From: Tubiluchus corallicola
Lineage: Eukaryota; Animalia; Priapulida
DNA: 64,000 bases
Reading direction: 5' to 3'
NCBI GenBank assembly: GCA_030141605.1
Contig: JAQGDQ010000150.1
Location: forward strand, 124,001 to 188,000
Shown: positions 62,975 through 64,000 of the stretch, piece by piece
Position numbering within the stretch: position 1 is the first letter of the stretch
Layout: every line of letters starts with the position of its first letter
The notes under the pieces: model-generated
The model's database searches: none
What the model was told of the DNA's origin: nothing
The model's input: only the letters and a program-made list of their open reading frames with translations
Position numbers and translations under genes: made by a program

Positions 62975-63420
62975 ATTGTTTATGGAAGGTGTACAACTAC
63001 AAAGGCGTGTTACAAGAATAATAATTAATATTAGCTTGTAAAAATCTGACATATTTGGAAAGATTAATATATTATAGTTTGGCCACGCTTGAATTAAGAA
63101 GATACCGTGGAGATCTTATTGAAGTTTATAAAATATTAACTAGAAAAGAAAACATTTTGCCCGAAAAATTCTTTAATTTAGTTGTTGATTCTAGAACTAG
63201 GACATAATTCAAATGTTTAAAGAGCAGTCAAGTCTTGACATTCGTAAATATTCATTTGCTGTTAGAGTTGTGAGTGAATGGAATAATCTGCCTGCCATGG
63301 TGATTGCCGCACCAACTACAGTAAAGTTGAAATCCTTAATTGACAATTATTCTGTGGGAAAATATGGGGTTTCTATGAGTGTACTTGCTTAACCCCTAAT
63401 CATGACAGTATAACAGTATA
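62975..63420 (+). mobile_element. CR1 LINE 3' end
   Basis: RRYRGDLIEVYKIL...DIRKYSFAVRVVSEWNNLPAMVI...; tail (ACAGTATA)2. Confidence 0.85.
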
Positions 63421-64000
63421 TCTCCACAGTTTTTTTGCTGTATTTTCTCCATATGCACATGCTCAGTCACGCAGTATTAAAAAAATATAATTCTTACGAA
63501 TGTTAGTGATTTTTTTGTTTTTTTTTCAGTTTTAATTCCATTTTTGTATAATTAACTCAGTTTGTAAATTGTAGGCTGTAAGTGTAAAGCCTTCATCACT
63601 TAATCCATTGCCAACAAAATAAAGCATTTAAAGCAAAGTGTTTTCTGGATGTTGGAGGTCATAACAGTGTAACAGTGGGAACCCCATTAATCCATGTAAG
63701 GGAGAATTAGGCTGGGGCAGGGTCTAAAAATTAATGGCACCATTTAGAGCAATAATGACGTGATGTGATAGCTGACAAGATACATTGAATCTTTCTTGTA
63801 AGTTTAGCTAATGGGAATTTAAGTGTCTGTTAATTGACAGTACAACCTTTTTTGTTGAAATTGTGAGTCAGCAGCCTCCAGGGAAGAGGATGTTTAGCGT
63901 GGCTATTTGGGGACCAGACATTTTGGTGCCAGCACGGCCCACAGTATACTGTTACATCCACGTTGACTTAGTCGTGCAAGAATACATTATTTCTGTGTTG

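Overview
AT-rich, intron-rich animal (probably invertebrate) nuclear DNA. Three conserved protein-coding genes can be reconstructed exon by exon. FEN1 lies on the minus strand (six 5' coding exons, 7738 down to 193) and runs off the left edge. DDX27/Drs1, a DEAD-box helicase, is complete on the plus strand (19 coding exons, 22360-42913, about 777 aa). SLC35C2, a nucleotide-sugar transporter-family gene, is complete on the minus strand (9 coding exons, 57320 down to 43730, about 368 aa) and converges on DDX27. Introns and intergenic DNA are full of decayed mobile elements: APE-RT LINEs, L2/Crack, CR1, RTE and Penelope remnants, a solo LTR, and Tc1/mariner-, Tc2-, hAT- and Merlin-like non-autonomous elements, often nested. 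Most ORFs in the supplied track are spurious or TE fragments. The most notable observations are: three AG|GCAAGT (GC-AG) donors among 32; a hairpin-rich DDX27 intron holding a candidate poison exon; all three start codons 9-13 nt behind an acceptor (possible SL trans-splicing); a putative FEN1/DDX27 bidirectional promoter split by nested TEs; a LINE with a CCCH-finger ORF1; and a 3.3-kb element with an 8-bp TSD, a snap-back end and an internal minisatellite. I found no clearly novel multi-gene system; the regulatory ideas are hypotheses.
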